Assembly (NCBI GenBank): GCA_964518565.1
Contig: CAZFGX010000001.1
Coordinates: 588,470 to 652,469, forward strand
Direction: 5' to 3'
DNA length: 64,000 bases
From: an uncultured Gammaproteobacteria bacterium
Lineage (GTDB): Bacteria > Patescibacteriota > Microgenomatia > CAZETR01 > Amesbacteraceae
Below the pieces are notes generated by a model that saw only the letters and a list, made by a program, of their open reading frames with translations, made no database searches and had not been told where the DNA came from. A program made the translations under genes and the position numbers. This document shows positions 28,670-37,694 of the stretch, one piece after another (position 1 is the first letter of the stretch; the number at the start of each line of letters is the position of its first letter).

Positions 28670-29752
28670 TTATCTTAACCCACCTGTCACCCGTACTCGT
28701 TTCAAAAGTTCTGGATCATCCAATACTTTTCCACATCCGCGCACCACACATGTCAACGGATCTTCAGAAATATATACCGGCATTCGCGTCTCTTCCGACA
28801 TGAGCTTATCGATTCCAGGAATCAATGCTCCTCCTCCTGCCATCATTATCCCCCGCTCCAAAATATCTGAAACCAATTCTGGTGGAGTTTCTTCCACCAA
28901 ATCTGCTACTGACGATACGATTTCGTTTAGTGTTGGCAGCATCGCCTCCCGAGCTTCATCAGAAGTAATCTTTATCGACTTTGGCAAACCAGATTCCACA
29001 TCTCGTCCTCGCACCACCATATATCGTAGTGCTGGCCGAAGAACTCCTTTTTCATCTACTGCTGTAAATGCCTCAATATGGGCATTTCCTATAGAAGTTT
29101 TTACTTCTTCAGCCGTTCGCTCTCCCAACAATAAGTTATATTTGAGTCTCATGTAATGAATGATCGAATCATCCAGCTCGTCCCCAGCCAATCGCACAGA
29201 TTTATTTACCACCACTCCACCCAATGAAATCACCGCCATCTCAGATGTGCCCCCGCCAATATCGACTATCAATGATCCACCAGGTCCATCAATCGGCAAT
29301 CCTGCCCCAATAGCTGCTGCCATCGGCTCTTCTATCAAATATGCGCTCCTTGCTCCGGCTGAAAGTGCCGCTTCTTGTACCGCGCGCCGTTCCACTTCGG
29401 TAACCCCAGATGGAATACCTATCACGACTCGCGGCTTAGGTACGCGGGGAATCAATTTTCCACTCTCATGCACCTGCAAAATATAATGTTTGAGCATCGC
29501 TTCTGTCGCATCAAAATCTGCAATCACCCCATCTTTTAATGGTCTAATCGCCTCAATCGTTGCCGGTGTCCGACCCAACATTTTTTTCGCCTCTTCACCT
29601 ATTGCCACCACTTGCTTGGTCTTACGATGTCTGGCCACCACCGACGGCTCACGAATCAAAATTCCCTTGCCCTTAACATGAACCAAAGTATTAGCCGTTC
29701 CCAAATCAATGCCTACATCATAGGATAACAAGCCGAAAAAATAGTCCAGCAT
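28670..29752 (-). CDS. mreB: Rod shape-determining protein MreB
   Basis: GIDLGTANT, EEPMAAAIGAGL, DIGGGT. Confidence 0.98.
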   Translation of the reverse strand: MLDYFFGLLSYDVGIDLGTANTLVHVKGKGILIREPSVVARHRKTKQVVAIGEEAKKMLGRTPATIEAIRPLKDGVIADFDATEAMLKHYILQVHESGKLIPRVPKPRVVIGIPSGVTEVERRAVQEAALSAGARSAYLIEEPMAAAIGAGLPIDGPGGSLIVDIGGGTSEMAVISLGGVVVNKSVRLAGDELDDSIIHYMRLKYNLLLGERTAEEVKTSIGNAHIEAFTAVDEKGVLRPALRYMVVRGRDVESGLPKSIKITSDEAREAMLPTLNEIVSSVADLVEETPPELVSDILERGIMMAGGGALIPGIDKLMSEETRMPVYISEDPLTCVVRGCGKVLDDPELLKRVRVTGGLR

Positions 29753-29791
29753 ACAGCCGGACTATACGATGTCTCGTTCACCTTATCAAGG

Positions 29792-29848
29792 CAAAAAAAA
29801 TACCCCCGAAAGCGTTTCCACTTCCAGGGGTAAACAAATTGATAACTA
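29792..29848 (-). terminator. Terminator/trailer, copy 1 of a ~57-bp direct repeat
   Basis: TACCCC stem plus T-run on the minus strand; near-identical to 30794-30850. Confidence 0.8.
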
Positions 29849-29864
29849 AGTTTCAAAATCTGAG

Positions 29865-30345
29865 TCAGATCATGTCCGGTGATGAATTTGGATCGGTCAT
29901 ATCGTGAACCATTAAATACAATCCTGCCCCCAACAGACCAGAAACCACAGCCACCAAAATCACACCAGTAGAATTCATATCCGGGAAACTGTGAAAATAA
30001 CCATAACTCTTTATCCATGGAACACAGAAGGTCATGATTTTTGTTTCCACAAAAGCCACAATACTCACACCACCAACCATTGGGAAAAAATGTTGGCCAG
30101 ATGTACCACGCGTACCACTGTATGTTTGAAATATCCACGTCATCAACAATCGCCACAAAAGTGAAAGCACTGCTGGCACAATAACCACACTCCCCAGCAT
30201 CAACACCGATACGATTATGATCATAATCTTACGCGTAAAAATTGGTGAATCGAAAGATATTCCTACCATTACTGCTGCAAAAAAAAATACTTACACCGAT
30301 CAACAAGCTAATAACACGAGGCGAAATCACAGTTGAAGCTTTCAT
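29865..30345 (-). pseudogene. Membrane protein gene frameshifted in a T9 tract
   Basis: AAGGAG SD and ATG 30345 (MKASTVISPRVISLLIGVSIFF); removing one T from 30279-30287 joins it to ORF 29865-30269. Confidence 0.6.
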
Positions 30346-30355
30346 AACACACTCC

Positions 30356-30694
30356 TTAAGAAACTGAATTTGAATTATGCATAAATGCAAAAGTCGGAAT
30401 ATAGAAAATCGCCGTAACAACAAGCATCATTGATACTGAATTTTGCGTCACTACCATACGAGATTCTGAATATTGATTCACCCATTCCACCCCAAAAACA
30501 TACAAAGTTGCTTCTAAGGCTAATACGGCAAACAAACCCATCACCCCAGCAAAGGCCAACTGCATGGTCGATAAAATCGTCAGTTTAGCCGCCAGCCAAA
30601 CCGCCAATTTTTTCCACCAATATCCAAAGACTATTGGTACAACAATCATTGAAGTACCCAACAAAATCGGGGCAACCAAAAGTAGCAATTGCAT
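30356..30694 (-). CDS. Small membrane protein (VP..W family paralog)
   Basis: GGAGG SD before ATG 30694; about 3 TMs. Confidence 0.7.
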   Translation of the reverse strand: MQLLLLVAPILLGTSMIVVPIVFGYWWKKLAVWLAAKLTILSTMQLAFAGVMGLFAVLALEATLYVFGVEWVNQYSESRMVVTQNSVSMMLVVTAIFYIPTFAFMHNSNSVS

Positions 30695-30793
30695 AAATCC
30701 TCCCAAACACTCTTTTTTAGTTATCAATATCAAAGTACAAACACTCAAAACAGCCGCATATAGGCTTAGTAAATGTTTATAGGCCTATTATAT

Positions 30794-30850
30794 CAAAAAA
30801 ATACCCCCGAAAGCGTTTTCCACTTCCAGGGGTAAACAAATTGATAACTA
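30794..30850 (-). terminator. Terminator/trailer, copy 2 of the ~57-bp direct repeat
   Basis: Same stem and T-run as 29792-29848. Confidence 0.8.
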
Positions 30851-30856
30851 GAACGT

Positions 30857-31171
30857 TCAGACAAACCGTCGCAAAAACACAGTCAGAATCAAATCTGTGA
30901 GCACGTATCCCAACAGCACAAAACACGTGCTGAAAACTTTCACTATTACGTCACTTTCAATTACTGGCCACTGCATCACTGCAAAAATCATCATCACGAC
31001 ATATGGATACAAGACCCATGCCAAAACTCCACCCACTACATAAGAGTAATTTCTCAAGTTGTCTGGAACATTTGGCAAAGCAAACCGCCTCACACCCAAA
31101 CAAAACAAAATTCCAACGACAGCAGGGATGATCCCAATCCCAACAACCAACGAAAGAGTAGGCATATTCAT
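30857..31171 (-). CDS. Small 3-TM membrane protein (GY.LTD family paralog)
   Basis: RRFALP, MMIF and GYVLTD are shared with 31661-32008. Confidence 0.72.
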   Translation of the reverse strand: MNMPTLSLVVGIGIIPAVVGILFCLGVRRFALPNVPDNLRNYSYVVGGVLAWVLYPYVVMMIFAVMQWPVIESDVIVKVFSTCFVLLGYVLTDLILTVFLRRFV

Positions 31172-31179
31172 GATAATTC

Positions 31180-31647
31180 TTAATTCACTCCTTCCAAAAC
31201 TTTACGAGCGTTACCGTATCCCATCAAATAAAAAACCACTGCCACACTTCCAAACAATAGTCTCCCTGTCCAGATGTGTGCCATTGAGTTATCTGACGAT
31301 CCAACAACCCAAGTATCTAAAGACCAAACGGTAAATTTACCTATACCATAACCCAGCAATATGGCAGTCAACACACCAACAAGTCGATCATATCTGAAAT
31401 ATCTTGCAGACCCACAAAGTGTTACGACCAACTTCCACAAAAGACCATAAATCACGTGCCCACAAACCAGAGGGACTAATACAAAGGCCACAATCCCCCC
31501 TAGAGCAAGAGCGATTTTTACAACAACATTAATGTAAAACATGAGCTCTGCAGAGGAAGCCAATGAGCCAAAAACCAACACGACAAGCAATATTGCAAAC
31601 CCTAAAATACTTACGCTCACTAAATTACGTTTTTTCCCAGTATTCAT
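31180..31647 (-). CDS. Small membrane protein (VP..W family paralog)
   Basis: GGAGG SD before ATG 31647; about 4 TMs. Confidence 0.7.
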   Translation of the reverse strand: MNTGKKRNLVSVSILGFAILLVVLVFGSLASSAELMFYINVVVKIALALGGIVAFVLVPLVCGHVIYGLLWKLVVTLCGSARYFRYDRLVGVLTAILLGYGIGKFTVWSLDTWVVGSSDNSMAHIWTGRLLFGSVAVVFYLMGYGNARKVLEGVN

Positions 31648-31660
31648 ACAACCTCCAATA

Positions 31661-32008
31661 TTAGTTCCTCTGAAAAAATCGAAACAACACAATGTCAGTC
31701 AGGATATACCCCACACCAACAAGTGCAGCGCCAAAGATATTCACCAGTACTTCAATCGTGGAAAGTGGCACACGTAAATACTCGACCACATCAGAAGCCA
31801 TATACATGCCAGAAAAAATCTGCATGGTGATTCGAGAATTCAAAAATCCCGACAACACACCACAAAACATGAGGGCAATCGGATAGCTCTGAAACTTCAT
31901 TCTGGGCAACACAAATGATCTCATAATCACACAAGCCACTAAACCGACAGTCAAAGACGCGATCACTACGCTCGCAACCACCCATCCCAAACTTGCTGTA
32001 ATATTCAC
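31661..32008 (-). CDS. Small 3-TM membrane protein (GY.LTD family paralog)
   Basis: AAGGAGG SD, GTG start; RSFVLP, MQIF, GYILTD. Confidence 0.72.
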   Translation of the reverse strand: MNITASLGWVVASVVIASLTVGLVACVIMRSFVLPRMKFQSYPIALMFCGVLSGFLNSRITMQIFSGMYMASDVVEYLRVPLSTIEVLVNIFGAALVGVGYILTDIVLFRFFQRN

Positions 32009-32110
32009 AAAATTTCCTCCTTATTTTCTAGTTATCAAAATGTCAAAGAACACTAGCTCCTGAAAAAAAATCGCAAAACGATTTCCTCAGAATGGCTATA
32101 GGCCATTATA
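32009..32110 (-). promoter_or_regulatory. Promoter and leader: hairpin, boxA-like element, trailer-pairing strand, SD
   Basis: TATAAT; AAATCG-TTTTG-CGATTT hairpin; GTTCTTTGACAT (32040-32051); TTGATAACTAGAA; AAGGAGG. Confidence 0.65.
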
Positions 32111-32141
32111 CCCCACAAAATCCATCTGTTAAACTTATGCC

Positions 32142-34091
32142 ATGCCGTTTGTCACCAAATGTTTACGCTTTTGTTTTGCTCTGATTTTTGGCCTGACTCC
32201 GCTACTATTTCTCCCCTTCACTTCCGAACTTTTCGAATTCAACAAATTATTTCTCATCTATCTTCTCACTATTATTATTCTTGGCTGTTGGGCAATACAA
32301 ATGTTTAGCGAAAAACGTGTCATCTTCAAGCGCACACCATTAGACCTACCCCTTCTTCTGTTTCTAGGCATCTCTATAGTTTCAAGTCTCTTATCTATCG
32401 ATACCCACACCTCACTGATCGGCTATTACGGCCGCTGGAACGGTGGTCTCTATTCACTTCTAAGTTATGCAGTGCTGTATTGGGCGTATGTCTCAAATAT
32501 CGACAAAGAGGTCAGCCAAAAACTGATCAAATATACACTTCTGCCTTCTGTAGTCATCGTTGCTATATATGCTTCACTCGAACATTTTGGCTTTTCTTTT
32601 TCTTGTTTAGCTATTACCGGAAAATTCGGGGTGGACTGCTGGGTCCAAGATGTCCAAAACCGCGTCTTTGCCACCATTGGTCAACCAAATTGGCTGGCAG
32701 CGTATTTAGTGGGTCTGATATTTATTCCACTCGCCTATGTACTCGAATCAAAAAAAGCTCCCTATCTGCAAATAGCTATCAGCTACCTCTTATATATCTG
32801 TCTCATTTTCACCAAATCTCGCTCCGGCATCTTGGCCTTTGGCATCTCCAGTCTCATATTTTGGTTTCTGCCATTTTTTACTGCCAAAACCAAAAAATAT
32901 TTACCTCTCAGTATTTTTTTTGGTGTAGCTATATTTTTTGGCTTACTCATCAAAAATCCAATTCAAGAATATCTATTCAAATCTTCTACACCAAACACCT
33001 CTGTTGGTCCTGCTCTTGAAGTCGGTGGCACCGAGTCCGGCGCCATTCGCAAAATCGTCTGGGAAGGCGCGATCAATATCTGGCGCGAATCCACCAAAAC
33101 ACTACTTATTGGCACCGGCCCCGAAACTTTCGCCATGGCTTATTACAATCATCGCCCACTGGCTCACAACAACACCTCCGAATGGGAGCTTCTCTACAAT
33201 AAAGCTCACAACGAATTTCTCAACCAACTCGCCACCACCGGTCTTCTGGGCTTGGCTTCCTACATTTTCTTGCTCATTATGATGGCCAAACTATTTTTTG
33301 GCCACAAGACATCTTCCCCTCTCCAACTAGCGCTTTTTTGCGGCTGGATATCGATATCCGTCACCAATTTTTTAGGCTTCTCCGTCGTCGTCACTCAAAT
33401 TTTGCTCTTTTTACTCCCCGCCATATCTCTTTCACTCCAAACTTCCAAACTGTCGAATAAAGTTTATGTTCAACCGTTATTTTCTATTGGTGTATTTCTC
33501 ATCGCTGGCATAGCCATCTATTTTGTCGGCAAAATTTGGATTTCTGATATTCATTACGCTTCATCCCAAAAATATCTATCTTATTTCAGTCGCGCCGACA
33601 ATCCAGACCCACAAGATCTACTCACAGCCTACAACGAAGCCAGTATTGCCTATGACCTCAATCCTAACGAACCATTTATCGACACTCAGCTCGCCGACAC
33701 TGCCGCATACCTGGCTCTCTACACCGGCGAAAAAGATGCCACCACCTCCAGCCAACTGACTACGCTAGCCACCATGGCCAGCCAAAAAGCACTAGCCACG
33801 TCTCCACTTCACCCCCTACATTACAAATCCGCCGCCAGAGTCTATATTTTGCTTTCCGCCTTTAAGCCAGAATATCTGACCACTGCGGACAAAATCCTCC
33901 AGTATGCCCAAGATCTGTCCCCTACAGATCCACGAATTCCCTATAATCGGGCTATTATTGCCAAATACCAGCAAGACAAACCCAAGGCCAAACAACTGTT
34001 TTTGGATAGTCTAAAGCTCAAGTCCGACTTCGGTGATGCCATAGCTCAGGTCAGTCAATTAGCCTCAGACTCAGCCAAACCCAAAAAATGA
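32142..34091 (+). CDS. O-antigen ligase/oligosaccharyltransferase family protein with C-terminal TPR
   Basis: ATIGQPNWLAAYL, TKSRSG, R..VW, GTGPETF, KAHNEFL. Confidence 0.88.
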   Translation: MPFVTKCLRFCFALIFGLTPLLFLPFTSELFEFNKLFLIYLLTIIILGCWAIQMFSEKRVIFKRTPLDLPLLLFLGISIVSSLLSIDTHTSLIGYYGRWNGGLYSLLSYAVLYWAYVSNIDKEVSQKLIKYTLLPSVVIVAIYASLEHFGFSFSCLAITGKFGVDCWVQDVQNRVFATIGQPNWLAAYLVGLIFIPLAYVLESKKAPYLQIAISYLLYICLIFTKSRSGILAFGISSLIFWFLPFFTAKTKKYLPLSIFFGVAIFFGLLIKNPIQEYLFKSSTPNTSVGPALEVGGTESGAIRKIVWEGAINIWRESTKTLLIGTGPETFAMAYYNHRPLAHNNTSEWELLYNKAHNEFLNQLATTGLLGLASYIFLLIMMAKLFFGHKTSSPLQLALFCGWISISVTNFLGFSVVVTQILLFLLPAISLSLQTSKLSNKVYVQPLFSIGVFLIAGIAIYFVGKIWISDIHYASSQKYLSYFSRADNPDPQDLLTAYNEASIAYDLNPNEPFIDTQLADTAAYLALYTGEKDATTSSQLTTLATMASQKALATSPLHPLHYKSAARVYILLSAFKPEYLTTADKILQYAQDLSPTDPRIPYNRAIIAKYQQDKPKAKQLFLDSLKLKSDFGDAIAQVSQLASDSAKPKK

Positions 34092-34114
34092 CGTTCACCT
34101 GATAAAATCGGAAT

Positions 34115-34657
34115 ATGTCAGCCATTGTCACTACCCCAAACCCAGTCCTCAAACAAGTGGCCAAACCTGTCACCAAAGTCGACAAAAAGCTACTCAGCCT
34201 CATAGACGACATGGTTCGCACACTTAATGCGGCCAAAGATCCGGAAGGTGTTGGTCTGGCGGCCCCTCAAATTGGCATTTCTCTACGAATATTCGTCATG
34301 CGACCAAACAAACGCTTCAAGCCTCGCGTCTACATCAATCCCGAAATTCTCAAGCTCTCCCAAAAAACCCAATCCGTAGATGACAACGATGGTGTCTATG
34401 AAGGCTGTCTGTCTATCCCCCACCACTATGCCCCCATCACTCGATCCCTTTCGCTCACTCTCAAATACCAGACACTAGATACAAATTCCGAGGCTGGATT
34501 GATCACCAAAACCGAGAAATTTACCGCTTTCCCCGCTCACATCATCCAACACGAAGTCGACCATCTAAATGGTGTTTTATTCACCGACCATGTCCTGTCC
34601 CAACAAACCAAGCTCTATCGAATCCATGGCAAAACCTGGGAAGAAGTCCAGCTCTGA
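34115..34657 (+). CDS. def: Peptide deformylase
   Basis: GVGLAAPQIG, EGCLS, QHEVDHLNG. Confidence 0.98.
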   Translation: MSAIVTTPNPVLKQVAKPVTKVDKKLLSLIDDMVRTLNAAKDPEGVGLAAPQIGISLRIFVMRPNKRFKPRVYINPEILKLSQKTQSVDDNDGVYEGCLSIPHHYAPITRSLSLTLKYQTLDTNSEAGLITKTEKFTAFPAHIIQHEVDHLNGVLFTDHVLSQQTKLYRIHGKTWEEVQL

Positions 34658-34789
34658 TTGCCATTTTTGACTATAAGATATAAAATTCCTCCACTAGGTT
34701 GGCCCTTTGACATCGTAAAAATGCGTTTTTCGACCTCAAAAGGCACTAGAATCTTTCGTGTGTTTTTAGGAAAAAGTGAGGATATAGTA
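34658..34789 (+). promoter_or_regulatory. sigma70 promoter and leader with boxA-like element
   Basis: TTGCCA-17 nt-TAAAAT; GCCCTTTGACAT at 34702-34713; GAGG SD. Confidence 0.6.
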
Positions 34790-35377
34790 ATGGCAAAATT
34801 AGACATTCAATCAGCGGTGAGCCAGATTCAAAAATTGATGGACAAGCCCGGCGGCGCATCTCAACAAGAAATCGATGCCATCACGGCACAAGTTCCCAAA
34901 AGATTCCGCGTTCGTGTCATCCAACACGCCGGCGGAAAATGGACCGGCGAAGGTGAAAACCGAAGGTTTGTATACCGAGGAAAATCCTTCATTACCGCAG
35001 TCGCAATTCCAGTTCCCCAAATTTCATGCGGCCAGATTCAGGACTATGTCATGGAACTTCTGACACAATATCCATCGGGTATTCGCAGATCAGAATTCTG
35101 GAACAATATCGAAATCTTCGCTGGACGAAAACTATCGATTACCGACAAACAGTCCGCAATTGGGAAAGCACACGTCGTCCTCAAAAATGATGTGTACTAC
35201 CCACTTCGTCCAACAGCTGCAATTGAACATCCGGCAACCAAACTTCAAAGCACGCAAGTGATTGAAATGTATGCCGACGAGATTCAATCTAGCACAGCTG
35301 GAAAACTAGGTGCACGTTTCGATTTTGGTGGAAAAGTGAAACTGGTCATCCAAATTTTTGGTGGGAAAAAGGAGTAA
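34790..35377 (+). CDS. Tandem winged-helix-like protein
   Basis: Two helix-G[IA]xxxE-helix-wing repeats (e.g. VMELLTQYPSGIRRSEF...DVYY). Confidence 0.55.
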   Translation: MAKLDIQSAVSQIQKLMDKPGGASQQEIDAITAQVPKRFRVRVIQHAGGKWTGEGENRRFVYRGKSFITAVAIPVPQISCGQIQDYVMELLTQYPSGIRRSEFWNNIEIFAGRKLSITDKQSAIGKAHVVLKNDVYYPLRPTAAIEHPATKLQSTQVIEMYADEIQSSTAGKLGARFDFGGKVKLVIQIFGGKKE

Positions 35378-35381
35378 ATGT

Positions 35382-35792
35382 ATGTCGAGTCACGTGGCAA
35401 AAGAATACATCGTGCTCGAAATCATCGACAAAGTTCTAGCAAATCCACAACGACGAATCAGCAGACCAGATCTCTGGAAAATACTAGAAACAAATAGTAT
35501 CCAGAACCAACACCGTGGAGCATATATCGGAGCCGCAAAACTAAGAAAAATCAATTCATCGGGAAAAGGCGTGTACTACGAGTTACCCGAACAGTACACT
35601 CGCGAGAGTTTTAACCAAAAAACTATCAAACTCACACCGCGAACTATCAGCGCCCCGACATATGAACCCATCCCTATGGAAAAGAAAAAACCCAACAAGT
35701 GGATTCCGATTATTGGAATAGCAATCATCTTGATTGGTATTGCAGTCGGCGTGGCCTACTGGGCCAGCGTACTCGTGCAATCCGCACGATAA
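35382..35792 (+). CDS. Winged-helix-like protein with C-terminal TM anchor
   Basis: ISRPDLWKIL...GKGVYYEL; C-terminal WIPIIGIAIILIGIAVGVAYW; AAGGAG SD. Confidence 0.6.
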   Translation: MSSHVAKEYIVLEIIDKVLANPQRRISRPDLWKILETNSIQNQHRGAYIGAAKLRKINSSGKGVYYELPEQYTRESFNQKTIKLTPRTISAPTYEPIPMEKKKPNKWIPIIGIAIILIGIAVGVAYWASVLVQSAR

Positions 35793-35804
35793 GGAGAAAA
35801 TTGT

Positions 35805-36617
35805 ATGCTTAACGACGAACAATACGCCACTCCTGAAGCCTTCGTCATGGACTTGCTTCAACGAGCCGGAACAACTGGCGTGAAGGTTAATCAACTAAAA
35901 ATGCTGCTCCAGCAACGAAACTATCCTTCACACGGTCGCGCACTTGGCATGCTTTTAGTTAAAGCAGGTACGATGAAAGTTGAAGACACCTACTTCAAAC
36001 TAGGTATTGTCGAAAAGGCAAACATGTCCAGCTCTGCAATTAACATCAAACAGGCAGCCAAAGTTGCAAGAATGATTGTCGAATCTCAACCAGGACAAAC
36101 TATCTTAAAAACACAATTTGTTCAAGAAATGGTTGCCAAAGGTTTGGACATATCAGTTCTCAGCCCTATCGAAAGGGGCCGACTTATCCTAACAGCCGGA
36201 CTGGCAAATACAAATTTGCAAGCGACTCCAGACCTGGAAAACCCAGAAAACGAAATCTGCTACACGCTAAAAAGCGTAGCATTTCGGAATGCTCGCGCTC
36301 AAAATCTTCCGATGATGAACGGCCCGCACGGCTGGGCAACAGGTCAAGGACCAAAAAACGAAGAGAGAAAGAAGCGGCATTATCGCCGGCGTAATCAAAA
36401 TCCCAATCCTCCACTCACTCCGCCATCAACCCAAGTTCCGACAGGAGCTATGGAAATCCCCTTCACTGCCGATGAAGTAACGATTAAAGGAGACAACTCC
36501 ACCTTTACGAAAACTGGCAAATTCAAAGTGTATTTGGTGCCTGTCGGCATCGTACTCTTATTGGTTGCCGCCGGCGTAATTTTCGCCCCTCAAATCGCCA
36601 AAGCATTTGGAGGGTAA
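35805..36617 (+). CDS. Tandem winged-helix-like protein with C-terminal TM anchor
   Basis: VMDLLQRAGTTGVKVNQL, second repeat IVESQPGQTILKTQF, basic RKKRHYRRR, C-terminal TM. Confidence 0.6.
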   Translation: MLNDEQYATPEAFVMDLLQRAGTTGVKVNQLKMLLQQRNYPSHGRALGMLLVKAGTMKVEDTYFKLGIVEKANMSSSAINIKQAAKVARMIVESQPGQTILKTQFVQEMVAKGLDISVLSPIERGRLILTAGLANTNLQATPDLENPENEICYTLKSVAFRNARAQNLPMMNGPHGWATGQGPKNEERKKRHYRRRNQNPNPPLTPPSTQVPTGAMEIPFTADEVTIKGDNSTFTKTGKFKVYLVPVGIVLLLVAAGVIFAPQIAKAFGG

Positions 36618-36899
36618 ATGGCTACGTTAACCGAAGTCGCCACTGAACTAAGTCAATACTTTGCCGAAAAAGGAAGCGATGGCATAACGACGCAAGAAGT
36701 TGTCGCTTTTATGGTAGGAAAAAAAATAGTTGTGGGAGAAGTAATGAATGTGGTTCTACACAGCATCGGTGCAGAAAAAGTTGACGGTATTTACCGTCTC
36801 AATCCTAATGCACAAAAAACTGCACTAAATCCCAGCGTCGACACATGGGTAAGAGAGACAAAAAAACCCAGTGTTCCGGGAATTTCAAATCAAAAATAA
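36618..36899 (+). CDS. Single winged-helix-like protein
   Basis: YFAEKGSDGITTQEV...DGIYRL. Confidence 0.55.
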   Translation: MATLTEVATELSQYFAEKGSDGITTQEVVAFMVGKKIVVGEVMNVVLHSIGAEKVDGIYRLNPNAQKTALNPSVDTWVRETKKPSVPGISNQK

Positions 36900-36911
36900 A
36901 AGGAAATTGAT

Positions 36912-37280
36912 ATGTCAAACAGTGAATTCAAAAATGCTATCGATCGTTTGAAACCAGTTCTCCAACAAGCCGGCAGTGCCGGTGTTACATCACAAATGTT
37001 TTTGGAGCTAACTGCACATCTAGACAAAATTGCCCGAGGTCGTCTCATCGGCTCCTTGCAGGCATTCACTCTGTCAAATGGAAATATTGCCTTACGCAAA
37101 TTCAAGACAACTGCCGAATCCGCTCCGGCATCTAATCACGAGTCTGGACCCGAATCTGCAAATGTGCATTCAGGTGTCAGCCAAGTAAGTTTTGAGGACA
37201 ACGCAGGTCGATCCTTGACGTACGGCCCAGAAGCGGGCAAAACGTTTACAGTGATCGTCCAAGAAAACGCGAAAAAGTAA
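36912..37280 (+). CDS. Single winged-helix-like protein with C-terminal beta module
   Basis: VLQQAGSAGVTSQMF; AAGGA SD. Confidence 0.55.
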   Translation: MSNSEFKNAIDRLKPVLQQAGSAGVTSQMFLELTAHLDKIARGRLIGSLQAFTLSNGNIALRKFKTTAESAPASNHESGPESANVHSGVSQVSFEDNAGRSLTYGPEAGKTFTVIVQENAKK

Positions 37281-37306
37281 CCAACCTATCCCAGCATGCC
37301 GAAGAT

Positions 37307-37678
37307 TTATTTCTTCGTTGTGCTGGGTCTTTTTTTTGCCTGTCGTTGCTCCACTTTCTGTTTCCGACTCACTCGCAATTTTTCATGAATCTCTTGCACT
37401 TCATCTGGCACAAATGCTCCATCAGCAAGATACACCGGCACATCCCCCATTCGACTCATACCAGGAATTATTTTATGCGTCCCATCTGGCATCCGAATTC
37501 TGCGCACACGCCCTTTTACCACTTCTTTTTTCTCTCCCACATTCATGACATAGCCTTGACTCTCTACTCCGCCTTCGTCATACATATTTCCATCTCCACC
37601 CATTTCAGCATCATTTTCCGTATTCATTCCCAACTTTCGCTGGATGTCTGCAATACTTAGTCTTCGTTCAATACTCAT
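37307..37678 (-). CDS. Hypothetical protein
   Basis: ORF of about 123 aa, divergent from fmt. Confidence 0.6.
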   Translation of the reverse strand: MSIERRLSIADIQRKLGMNTENDAEMGGDGNMYDEGGVESQGYVMNVGEKKEVVKGRVRRIRMPDGTHKIIPGMSRMGDVPVYLADGAFVPDEVQEIHEKLRVSRKQKVEQRQAKKRPSTTKK

Positions 37679-37694
37679 CACGTATAATTGTACT

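Noticed and set aside
28665-29681. Several + strand ORFs opposite mreB (similar ones lie opposite topA, glyA, queA and frr)
   Set aside because: Shadow ORFs of well-conserved genes, with no motifs or start signals.
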